NCBI GenBank assembly: GCA_016839515.1
Contig: JAEOUE010000207.1
Location: 1-64,000 of the forward strand
DNA from: Candidatus Hodarchaeum mangrovi
GTDB taxonomy: Archaea; Asgardarchaeota; Heimdallarchaeia; Hodarchaeales; Hodarchaeaceae
Direction: 5' to 3'
DNA length: 64,000 nucleotides
How positions within the stretch are numbered: position 1 is the first letter of the stretch; each line of letters opens with the position of its first letter. Shown here one piece after another: positions 1-8,739 of the stretch. Under the pieces are notes generated by a model. That model made no database searches, was not told the origin of the DNA, and was given only the letters and a program-made list of their open reading frames with translations. The translations under genes and the position numbers were made by a program.

Positions 1-642
1 AAATTGTTGAAATTCAACTGGACCATCATATTTACCCTTTGGTTTTTTAAATTGAAATTCTATGGCGTCTTTCTCCCCAGATACTAACTGATCTCCTAAT
101 CCGTGTATATAATTACCAACCATGTGGTCTCGATCACCTGACACAGGATCACCTGTAAAGAGGACTCCTGATAAGTCTGAGTGAATTTGTTCTTGGACCA
201 CAACTGCTACTTCATGTTCAAATGTTATTCCTTTAGCCTCACTATATGCTTTTACTCGATCGCTCATTCTACTTTCATGAACTTTAAGGATAGCTTGGTA
301 TAATGAGCTAAAATTTACATCGAGCTCGGTTTCAAACTGACCCCCAAATGATGCTTGTGCTGAATCCTCAGCTAAAGCAGATGAACGAACTGCAAATGAA
401 ATATCTTGATTTTTCTTTGTATAGTCGTGTAATTTTGTTTTTATAGTATTCCAGGCAGCTTCTTTTAGTTGATCTCCATCGAATGCATGGGGCATGATAA
501 TAAATCCATATGGAACTGGTAGTCGTAACTGATACAGAAAAGCTAAAGTTCCTCCTTTACCACCTGCAGATGATTGTAACTCGTCAGTTAACTCATCAAA
601 CGAGTAAATATATTTTGGTCCACTATTTTTCGATTGAGACAA
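1..642 (-). CDS. PEP-utilising enzyme, N-terminal PPDK/PEP-synthase nucleotide-binding domain (runs off window edge)
   Basis: Manual translation: AGGKGGTLAFL..LPVPYGFII, FAVRSSALAEDSAQASFGGQFET, VVVQEQI..SGVLFTGDP, GLGDQLVSGE. TTG start at 642 after GGTGAGG (alternative in-frame ATG at 657). Absent from ORF track. Confidence 0.85.
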   Translation of the reverse strand, partial: MSQSKNSGPKYIYSFDELTDELQSSAGGKGGTLAFLYQLRLPVPYGFIIMPHAFDGDQLKEAAWNTIKTKLHDYTKKNQDISFAVRSSALAEDSAQASFGGQFETELDVNFSSLYQAILKVHESRMSDRVKAYSEAKGITFEHEVAVVVQEQIHSDLSGVLFTGDPVSGDRDHMVGNYIHGLGDQLVSGEKDAIEFQFKKPKGKYDGPVEFQQF

Positions 643-824
643 AATTTTCCTCACCATTTTGCGATTTATTTCACTTATCTGAACTGTTTCATAAATATGA
701 ATCGTTTCAGTTTTTTGACATAATATTCTTAAATAGTTTTCTAATATGGTAGCGCGAGTGTTTATTCAGTCTATATTCTCTGGTTCTAATTAATCATGAA
801 AAATATACAGTAGGATGTGAGTAG

Positions 825-1424
825 ATCATTAACAATATCAAGAGCGAAGCCAAGGATGAAGTAATAATTCTTGATGAACTTGAAAAAAAATTTATAAATG
901 TTTATGCCAATATATTTAAAATTAGAGATCGTTCAGAGAATTTTGGAAAGATCTTCGCTTTATTAACATTAAGAGCTCGAACTATTACCACAGCTCTAAC
1001 TCAAGAACAAATTAGCGAAATTTTATCGGCAAATTTTCCAGATTCACCCGTCTCAGTTACCACTGCTTTCCGAGCATTGAGTTATTTACATAAAAACCGA
1101 TACTGCAATTATAAGGAAGGATCATATAAGAAAAGACAGTATTATTTATCCCATCAAAATATTACAGGCCTTAGCATTCAACGAATTTCATATCAAAAGG
1201 AGAATATACGGGGATTTCTTGAGGAATTAAAAAAATTAAGGCAAACATTTGTTACTAGTAAAAAGGGTTACTCAAAAGAACTGCTAATTTTGCTAGATCA
1301 GTTCATTGAGGAATATAGTTTATTATTTGATATCTATGATGAATTTCTATCTAAAATCTATACGGAATTATCAGGAATTCAAGACAAATATACAAAGGTT
1401 CGCGAAACCAGTAATTCCCCTTAG
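825..1424 (+). CDS. GbsR/MarR-like winged-helix transcriptional regulator (ATC/ATT start; extends ORF 1077..1424)
   Basis: Frame is open from 825: FGKIFALLTL..ALTQEQISEIL..SVTTAFRALSYL..KKRQYY is a wHTH; no ATG/GTG/TTG before 1077; GGATGTGAG upstream of ATC/ATT. Confidence 0.65.
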   Translation: MINNIKSEAKDEVIILDELEKKFINVYANIFKIRDRSENFGKIFALLTLRARTITTALTQEQISEILSANFPDSPVSVTTAFRALSYLHKNRYCNYKEGSYKKRQYYLSHQNITGLSIQRISYQKENIRGFLEELKKLRQTFVTSKKGYSKELLILLDQFIEEYSLLFDIYDEFLSKIYTELSGIQDKYTKVRETSNSP

Positions 1425-1523
1425 TTAAAACTTTCTGATTTTAAACTTGCTGCCACGGGGACTAACGACAACAATCGTGGATTAGTAGAAGAGTGCTGGA
1501 ATAGAACATTCCATTGATAAATT

Positions 1524-1598
1524 AACAGTGTACATGGGGAGGGATCGACCAACAGGCTTAATTGGCTAGCAATTATGAAAATATACTTATTTTATTGG
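1524..1598. repeat. Dispersed intergenic repeat, copy 1
   Basis: AACAGTG-TACATG..TCGACCAACAGGCTTAATTGGCTAGCA..TTTATTGG matches 6770-6844. Confidence 0.6.
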
Positions 1599-1728
1599 TT
1601 CAATAGCCCTTCAATCTTATTTTTATCCATTTGAAGAAATTATCCAAATTTCAATGACTGAATAGAAAACTATTTATACTGTATCACTTACTGTATATTT
1701 GCTAATACAGTATTGTGGGTGATACAAT

Positions 1729-2280
1729 TTGATCAGTAATATCAAAGGATATGACTTGACTACGTTGATAGAATCTGAAGCTCATCGTAAATTTCTCGAA
1801 AACTTTGAAAGTGATCTATTACGTGGGATAGGGAAGATTTGTATCCTAAAAGTAATCAAAAATCATGGGAAAGAAGGAGTATATGGTTATCAACTCCTAA
1901 AAGATCTAAAAGAATTAACAAATAATATTTTAATAATTAAAGAAGGAACTCTTTATCCATTATTAAGAAATCTTGAAAAATGGCAATTCAAGGGTAATGA
2001 GCTTTCTTTAATTCAATCTTACCGACACATTGAGGGAGACCGTCCAAGAAAATACTATTATCTTACAGAAGAGGGCGAAAAAATTCTTTCTCACTTAGAA
2101 GGGTTTTTTCTCAAACTACTTGAAGCAATTTCAGGTATAAATGATTTTCAAATCATCCTGAAAGAGGAAAAATATATTTTTTGTCAAAACTGTAAAACTA
2201 GAATTGATTATTCAAACAGTGATATTCAGTTCTGTGAAATTTGTGGGTTTAAGTTAAATAATAAAGTTCTGGAGAAATAA
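1729..2280 (+). CDS. PadR-family regulator with C-terminal zinc ribbon
   Basis: YGYQLL..IKEGTLYPLLRNLE..RPRKYYYLTEEG; CQNC...CEICG at C-terminus. Confidence 0.9.
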   Translation: MISNIKGYDLTTLIESEAHRKFLENFESDLLRGIGKICILKVIKNHGKEGVYGYQLLKDLKELTNNILIIKEGTLYPLLRNLEKWQFKGNELSLIQSYRHIEGDRPRKYYYLTEEGEKILSHLEGFFLKLLEAISGINDFQIILKEEKYIFCQNCKTRIDYSNSDIQFCEICGFKLNNKVLEK

Positions 2281-2282
2281 AA

Positions 2283-3323
2283 ATGAGAACAGAAAACGAA
2301 AAACTAGTAGATAATTTCCTTAAAGAAATTAAGAAACAGTTGCCAGATTGGCTTAAAAATAATGATGATAAAGTAGAAGACATTTTATTAGAAGTCAGCT
2401 CTCATATTTGGGATAGTGCACAAGAAATTGCTGGATCTGATGATCCGGATCCAGCTAGTATTCAAGAAGCTATCAATCGATTAGGCACTCCAAAAGAAAT
2501 CGCAAAAAGTTATAAAAAACGTGGAACACCAAAATATTTTATCTCAGAAGAATTATGGTCAATTTATACCAAAGTTAATTGGATTCTAATTAGTCTTGTA
2601 TTTACGGTGATTGTTATAGTTCAAGTAGTAATAGTGGAACCAACTGATTTCGTAAAAGCTCTTATCAATGGGATTACTCTTTCTTATCCAATTATTATTA
2701 CCTTTATTATCATTATCCTTGCTATTTTCGTCGGTTTATCTTATGAAGGCTATTTCCCAGAAGATTTAGGTTCAGTTGATGCGATTCAAGGTGACACAAA
2801 GGATAAGAAGTTAGAATTTTACAAACCTGACGAATTTCTCTTTAATGGTTTAGTAGGTATTTTATTTGGATTCCTTATAATCATCCTACCAAAAGATATG
2901 ATAAATCTCATCAGGATCATTATTAATTTGATCATTGGGTTGTTTGGCGGTAATACGATGGCCACCATTTCCGAATATGTGAATATATCAATGGAATTAC
3001 AAATTTGGTTAACATTAATCGGAATAGTTGCTATAATTACTGGTTTTGTTAATTTACTGAAAATAAATACTAAAGATTTGAAATTCCATCTTACAACGAA
3101 TTTAATCTTAATTTTTACAGGTTTAGTTGATTTCGGTTTAAGCCTCTATATAGTGACAAACCTGCACTTATTTTCGGAAGTATTACCACTTTCAGTAAAT
3201 ATATTATTCTTCCTTGGTATTATCGGAGTTATTGGAACAGTTATTGATATTTTCAGGACAGTTTCCAAAAATATCCAGCTTTTTGGACTTCTTAATGAAG
3301 AAGAGAGTTATCAAACAAGTTAA
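2283..3323 (+). CDS. PadR-associated membrane protein (HAAS/permease-prefix N-domain plus multiple TM helices)
   Basis: EDILLEVSSHIWD..EAINRLGTPKEIAKSY followed by about 6 hydrophobic segments; operonic with PadR. Confidence 0.75.
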   Translation: MRTENEKLVDNFLKEIKKQLPDWLKNNDDKVEDILLEVSSHIWDSAQEIAGSDDPDPASIQEAINRLGTPKEIAKSYKKRGTPKYFISEELWSIYTKVNWILISLVFTVIVIVQVVIVEPTDFVKALINGITLSYPIIITFIIIILAIFVGLSYEGYFPEDLGSVDAIQGDTKDKKLEFYKPDEFLFNGLVGILFGFLIIILPKDMINLIRIIINLIIGLFGGNTMATISEYVNISMELQIWLTLIGIVAIITGFVNLLKINTKDLKFHLTTNLILIFTGLVDFGLSLYIVTNLHLFSEVLPLSVNILFFLGIIGVIGTVIDIFRTVSKNIQLFGLLNEEESYQTS

Positions 3324-3788
3324 GAAGAAAAGCTAGTGGATGAATTTTGTCGTTAAAATCCTCTTTATTACCAGATCTGAGAGAAGCGCGAATTCCTCTA
3401 CTATGCGCATGAATACTTATACTAGCGAACCTTAGCATAAATCATGAAGAATTCTCGCTCTAATTTTATATAAATATTTTGATAGAAGAAAAATAGATAG
3501 TTCTTAACAATAGTCTTTCTTTTACAGTTTGAATTGAAGCTTTTTCAAACAATGCAAATTCATAAGGAATGAGGAAAGATCCTCGAATAAGTGTGAGAGT
3601 AAGCCTCTGGTCTTTTATCTTAAGTTAACTTTAGAATTTTACATTCTATCGTGTATATCATGAAATTATAATGCTAATTTTTCAATATCCATCCCATCTA
3701 GAATGTTAGATGAGTATTCCAAAGTGAAATGAGGCATAACGCTTTAAAATCCTGATTATGATCGTGAGAGAGGCTATTAGGAGCTTGT

Positions 3789-4715
3789 TTATTTCTTATC
3801 TCCGTTCCAAACATAAACAATATAGGGAGTTACTTCTTTGAATCCTATTGAAGAATACAGTTTAGAGGCGTAGTTATTATCTATTGTGACATCCAAATCG
3901 ACCCTCGGGGATGAATCATGTTTATTAATAAATTCCTTTAAACTATGAATCAAAAGAATTTTCCCCAATCCTTTTTGTTTCTCTGTTCGCGAGATAACTA
4001 TTTCTGGAATATATCCTATATCATTGGCAAGAGTGGTCACGAAACAAACCCCGATAGGAAAATTCTCCTTCATAATAATTTTATTGTCACTCAGTTCAAA
4101 TTTTCCATAAACACTATTTTCTATTCCAGATAAAAGATCTAAACATCCATTTATCCCATTCCAATTGCCCCAAATTAAACCATCAGGGTGATTTTCGTTG
4201 AAATGAGAGTCGGCCATTATCTCAGCAAGAGTATTTCGAAGATCAGTGCTATAATCTTTAAATCGATAACCTTTGGGACAAAATGGATTTTCTAAAGCTT
4301 TTATTTGGGTGTTATCAATAGACATCCTCTTTCGGTTAAACGATTGAAAGTTATTATCTTCAAAAAATTTTAGTAAGGTCTCTGATACTGGTCCCATGTA
4401 TTTTATAGATTTGTAATTTTTTTTCATAAGACTAAATGCGGCATTAAAGAGTTCAGATTCAACATTAATTAATTTTTTCTCCTCTATCAACTTGTTGTCC
4501 AAAAATAAATTAATTCCTACCGAATTCAAGTTCACTACTGAAATCCCTATAGCTTCATTATTGAGATATTTACCAAAAACTACTATTGTCTCCTTTTTTA
4601 TGCCCTCAGCTAATCTTTCTTTAAGTGGAAAGCTCGGACGATTGGTATATTGAAAATAATTCAAGATAAGTGAATCTAAAGAATCTAAATCCTTAATTGA
4701 TAAGTTTTTGATCAT
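3789..4715 (-). CDS. GNAT-family acetyltransferase (tandem GNAT)
   Basis: KQKGLGKILL and LDVTIDNNYASKLYSSIGF motifs. Confidence 0.85.
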   Translation of the reverse strand: MIKNLSIKDLDSLDSLILNYFQYTNRPSFPLKERLAEGIKKETIVVFGKYLNNEAIGISVVNLNSVGINLFLDNKLIEEKKLINVESELFNAAFSLMKKNYKSIKYMGPVSETLLKFFEDNNFQSFNRKRMSIDNTQIKALENPFCPKGYRFKDYSTDLRNTLAEIMADSHFNENHPDGLIWGNWNGINGCLDLLSGIENSVYGKFELSDNKIIMKENFPIGVCFVTTLANDIGYIPEIVISRTEKQKGLGKILLIHSLKEFINKHDSSPRVDLDVTIDNNYASKLYSSIGFKEVTPYIVYVWNGDKK

Positions 4716-4885
4716 TATGACTCCTCATTGTAAAAATAGGTTATCCTAATGCATATTTTCTTGAAAAATAATTGAGATTATCAAATATATATTTTATCTT
4801 TAGGGCAATAATCTAAATCGCCAGATTGCAGATGAATAAGAAATTATTGAATGTTTATATTATGCTTTTAGAATAAAGGCAAAAT

Positions 4886-5000
4886 TTTTGGGTGTTTATA
4901 ATAATATACCCCAATGTGAAGGAACGGGGAACAATAACTTATGATTCACAAGATCCTTACCTGTTTTAGGGACCTTATAAATCGTCTGCGAGGCAAAGCA
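4886..5000. promoter_or_regulatory. Conserved dual-TATA regulatory cassette, copy A
   Basis: TGGGTGTTTATAATA and CTGTTTTAGGGACCTTATAAA.CGTCT.CGA.GCAA align without gaps (offset 3637) to 8523-8637. Confidence 0.7.
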
Positions 5001-5054
5001 ATGGTGAAGAAAACGATGATGCCTCCAAGAGATAGTCCACCTGGTGCTTGTTAA
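5001..5054 (+). CDS. Putative micro-peptide MVKKTMMPPRDSPPGAC (or MMPPRDSPPGAC from 5016)
   Basis: TATA box about 20 nt upstream, internal GGTGA SD 8 nt before ATGATG, T-rich terminator after; paralogous peptide at 8638. Confidence 0.6.
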   Translation: MVKKTMMPPRDSPPGAC

Positions 5055-5075
5055 TTAAATTCTTATTGAAAGAAT

Positions 5076-5100
5076 CTTTCTTTCTCCTCTTTTTTTTTAT
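5076..5100 (+). terminator. T-rich archaeal terminator after peptide A
   Basis: CTTTCTTTCTCCTCTTTTTTTTTAT; analogous CCCCTCTTTTTT at about 8729-8741. Confidence 0.45.
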
Positions 5101-5117
5101 GCTAAATACCTTTGAAT

Positions 5118-6641
5118 TTATGATCTTAATACCTGTGGCATAATCCATCCTTCATCATCCTTAAACCATTTCCTATTGATCTGTAAGGGAACATTAATAT
5201 TCTGAAGTGGGTGGATAAGCCATTTTGCTTGTGTTCGCATCCATGTTGCCATGGAAGTATTAAGATACGCCCGAATGTGCATTTTTTCGGCTGTGTGGAG
5301 GATTAAGGCTTCAGGAAGAAGATTCAAGACTCCATATAATTGAGAGAAATCCTTGGGTTCTACTTGAGGAAGAGTTATCCAATAAAGATCCACGGAATTT
5401 TCAAAAATTAAAGCTCGAGGAGTAAACAGAGGTGTCAATACTTTAAGTGAAATTAACTCTTCAAGTTTCTGGATTTTTATTTTTGGAATGATTGTGTTGA
5501 TCCTTAATGTCCTTTCAATTGGAATTGAACGTGGTAAATTACAATAAAGATTTATGAAATCCCTAGGGTTGTCAGAATCCAGATAATTCCATTTTTTAGA
5601 GAATAATGGTGAAATAAATACGGGAGGGGGTTTGGTTTCTCTTTTACGGGCTGTTTTTTGTTTAAAATTTTCCATTTTTCTGGCTAAATTTGCAGAATCA
5701 GGAATATCTTCACTCCATCCGTGATTAGGGATATATTGCATCAAGGAATTAGAAAATTGATAATTTGTTATTTTAGTTATTTCATGAATTTTAATTGAGT
5801 TGGTATTTTTGAGTGTTGTTAAATAGCTCTGTAGATTTTTTTCAGCATTTTGGGGTATGAAGAGTTGACCATGGATAATTCTGGGATTATTTTCTACTGA
5901 ATAGATATTACTAAGACATAAAGTTGTATTTGACTCATCTTTAAGGTCAAGAAGATTTTTGAAACTGATATCTTTTAACTGTTCTATATGAAAAATAAAA
6001 GACTCTATCCCAAATGCTTCAGGAAAGAAACGAAATTCTAAATTACTATCAAGCATGGTAAGGATAGGATATATATTCCGTGTTTTAATTGAAGGAATAG
6101 GAAGCTTTATTTTTTTGCTTAAATGATGTCCTGAGAAATCCTCTAATCTCAAAGATGGTAAGATCATATAAATGATATTTAGAAGATTTATCTCTTCGTC
6201 GCTTAATTTAACTGGAAGTTTCAATGATTCTCGTTGTAAATCTTCCCATATCTCCGATTTTAAGGAGGTTTGATTTCGTATTAGATTGAAGAAACCAATA
6301 GGTTTATTCCTTAAATGGAAAATTAAGTAATTATAGAAAGTATCAGAATAATAAGAAGGGAGGGTTAAGTATCGCGATGCTCCTAAAAAATAATCTACTG
6401 TGAACCATAGAAATGAATACTCTAAATAATCATTTGAATCTATATGAAGGTTTATATATCGGTGTATTTCCTTGTGAAGCTCCTTTCTGGACTCTTCTAG
6501 GTCAGTATCAACCTTTTTAAGAATTTCAATAAATTCGTTTAGATAATTTTGCTCATTTTTAGGATATTCTTTGATATAATCTTTGGAATGTTTAAGAACC
6601 AGCTTTAAAAATTTCCGATCGCTAGCATTGGAATACTTCAT
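5118..6641 (-). CDS. Uncharacterised 507-aa protein, paralog A (possible Lrp/AsnC-like multidomain regulator)
   Basis: Aligns full length with 8740..10254 (FLWFxVxYF, WExLQRxSxK, AFGxE, SLxxY..GW, LLPxA, WF..W..P). The regulator role is inference. Confidence 0.75.
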   Translation of the reverse strand: MKYSNASDRKFLKLVLKHSKDYIKEYPKNEQNYLNEFIEILKKVDTDLEESRKELHKEIHRYINLHIDSNDYLEYSFLWFTVDYFLGASRYLTLPSYYSDTFYNYLIFHLRNKPIGFFNLIRNQTSLKSEIWEDLQRESLKLPVKLSDEEINLLNIIYMILPSLRLEDFSGHHLSKKIKLPIPSIKTRNIYPILTMLDSNLEFRFFPEAFGIESFIFHIEQLKDISFKNLLDLKDESNTTLCLSNIYSVENNPRIIHGQLFIPQNAEKNLQSYLTTLKNTNSIKIHEITKITNYQFSNSLMQYIPNHGWSEDIPDSANLARKMENFKQKTARKRETKPPPVFISPLFSKKWNYLDSDNPRDFINLYCNLPRSIPIERTLRINTIIPKIKIQKLEELISLKVLTPLFTPRALIFENSVDLYWITLPQVEPKDFSQLYGVLNLLPEALILHTAEKMHIRAYLNTSMATWMRTQAKWLIHPLQNINVPLQINRKWFKDDEGWIMPQVLRS

Positions 6642-6769
6642 AGCTACTCAACAATAGATCTAATATGTCTTTTTATTTATAAATTTTTTAAAAAAAAACA
6701 CGAAGTTTGTTTTAGAACAATCTCGAGCTGATTTGAAAGGATTTTGTTTAAACATTTAATTGCTAGATC

Positions 6770-6844
6770 AACAGTGGATACATGAAAACTTCGACCAATA
6801 GGCTTAACTAGCTACCACTAGTCACATGAGGGCAACTTTATTGG
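6770..6844. repeat. Dispersed intergenic repeat, copy 2
   Basis: AACAGTGGATACATG..TCGACCAATAGGCTTAACTAGCTACCA..TTTATTGG. Confidence 0.6.
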
Positions 6845-6984
6845 AAATTAAGTGGCCTATCATCAGTTAATATAAGGAATAAGTAATCATTCCCTAATTG
6901 TTGTGAGATGGCACATCTGGTCTTTTTTCTCAGGACAATTACGAATTTAACTATTATTATTGTTTTAATCCGTTTTACTGTCGA

Positions 6985-7329
6985 CTACCTTGAAAATTTG
7001 GCTTGCATTTGAGTAAATTTCATAGTAGCCATGACATCGCCTGTAATTTTCAGATTTTTAGCAAAGAATTCTTTCTGGCCATCTTTTTCCCCTGATGATA
7101 TTTGTGCCCATAGCTCGGTTGTACATTGGAAGGTAAAGGACGGTTTTTCAGGTACTCCTTCATGAAATTCTGCTGTTCCATCTGGATGAAAGATGACATG
7201 AAAGATTCCATCTTCTCCTTCCAAATCATATGCAGCAATTTTATTCCAGTTTTTTAGAAAATCTTGTACCTCAGGGGTTTGATTGACTAATTCAACTAAT
7301 TGCTTAACAGCTTCTTTTCCTGAACCCAT
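6985..7329 (-). CDS. SCP2 sterol/lipid-binding domain protein
   Basis: WAQISSGEKDGQKEFFAKNLKITGDVMATMKF is a typical SCP2 C-terminus. Confidence 0.85.
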   Translation of the reverse strand: MGSGKEAVKQLVELVNQTPEVQDFLKNWNKIAAYDLEGEDGIFHVIFHPDGTAEFHEGVPEKPSFTFQCTTELWAQISSGEKDGQKEFFAKNLKITGDVMATMKFTQMQAKFSR

Positions 7330-7484
7330 ATCTTAGTCTCCTTTTATTATTTAAGTAATTGATTAGGATAAGAATAAACAGAACTGATTAAGTAATTTGA
7401 TTTTATAAATTTCATGGTTTATCTCAGCATTTTAAGAGCCTCTTATTATGAAGGATTGGAAAGGAATAATATTCATTTGATTTT

Positions 7485-8345
7485 TTATTTTACCAGTTCT
7501 ATTACACCAAACTTCAATACAGCTTCTCCATTTTCATTTTTAGTTTCAAATCCAATTATCATATTCGTTTCATTTTCCTCCAAGAGCCATCCTTCTGTAG
7601 TAAGTATGTCCTCCATAAAAACTGGTTTTGAAAACCTTGTTTTTATTCGTTTGACCTTGGTTGGATCACCAGCTGCAAGGTTATCTACAATGGCTTGGGT
7701 AGCGAAGGCTAAAGTGCACAATCCATGAAGGATCTTATCAGGTAATCCTGCAGCCCTAGCAATATCTTTGTCAACATGAATAGGATTTTCATCACCTGAT
7801 GCTTCAGCGTAACGGACTGACTGATCAGGAGTTACTTTCATTGTTTGTCTAACTAGTATTTGTTTTTTTAATGAATCCTCTTTAATTATTGGTTTAGATG
7901 TTTCGATTTTCTTTGTTGCTTTTTTAAAAAATAATCCGGCTCGCATTTCAAAAATGATCTCTTCTTTGGCATAGCCAGTCATTTTTGCCCAGAGAACATC
8001 ACCTGTTTCTTTGACATCGACAGAATCTAATTTAATCTTTGTCTTAATCTTTTCTCTTGGTCTTAATGGTCGAAGGTATAGAATTTCCTGTTCACCATGA
8101 ACCATTCGGAGAATGTCAAGGTTGAGTGTTTCATCTGTAACAATCTGCATCATTGGATCTATTAACATAGTTACTGGGAAAAGGGGTGGGATCCTTAATT
8201 TATTCTCGTCCAATTCATAGTATTGGGGATTTATCTCATTGGTAGCTTTAGCATAGGCTATTGTTTTTCCTGGATCAACAGTTACTATCTTTCCCTCGTA
8301 AATCTTACCAACAATATTAGGATCAAGGCCACTTTCGTTCATCAT
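7485..8345 (-). CDS. MaoC-like (R)-enoyl-CoA hydratase, double hot-dog fold
   Basis: YAEASGDENPIHVD..ILHGLCTLAF..RFSKPVF; N-terminal MVHGEQ. Confidence 0.9.
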   Translation of the reverse strand: MMNESGLDPNIVGKIYEGKIVTVDPGKTIAYAKATNEINPQYYELDENKLRIPPLFPVTMLIDPMMQIVTDETLNLDILRMVHGEQEILYLRPLRPREKIKTKIKLDSVDVKETGDVLWAKMTGYAKEEIIFEMRAGLFFKKATKKIETSKPIIKEDSLKKQILVRQTMKVTPDQSVRYAEASGDENPIHVDKDIARAAGLPDKILHGLCTLAFATQAIVDNLAAGDPTKVKRIKTRFSKPVFMEDILTTEGWLLEENETNMIIGFETKNENGEAVLKFGVIELVK

Positions 8346-8522
8346 GTTTTCACCTAAACTATTTTTGAATAATTAACTGAATTGAGATTAAAAAGTAACT
8401 GGGATTGAATTATCTCTTAAAGATGATCAATGGATATGAGGGGTGTCTTTAGATCTTTTGATTCTAGTTGCTATTTACATTCAACTTTTTCGAATTTTTT
8501 TATTCTCTTTCCTAGATTGAAT

Positions 8523-8637
8523 TCTTGGGTGTTTATAATACCCCTCCTCAATGGGAGAGAAAGGAAACATGGAGTAACTGTAAAAAGACTTCTGTATCTG
8601 TTTTAGGGACCTTATAAACCGTCTACGAAGCAACTTA
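8523..8637. promoter_or_regulatory. Conserved dual-TATA regulatory cassette, copy B
   Basis: See copy A at 4886-5000. Confidence 0.7.
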
Positions 8638-8694
8638 ATGGTGAAAGCAACAATGATGATGCCTCCTACAGATCCCCCGGTTGGTTCAACTTAA
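8638..8694 (+). CDS. Putative micro-peptide MVKATMMMPPTDPPVGST (or MMMPPTDPPVGST from 8653)
   Basis: Same promoter, SD and position as peptide A; shared MVKxTMM-PPxD-PP pattern; the indel keeps the frame. Confidence 0.6.
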   Translation: MVKATMMMPPTDPPVGST

Positions 8695-8739
8695 AAACAT
8701 CTAAAATTTCCCTCTGGAAATTAAAAATCCCCTCTTTTT

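Noticed and set aside
510-752. 80-aa + strand ORF
   Set aside because: Antisense to the PEP-utilising enzyme start; no recognisable motif.
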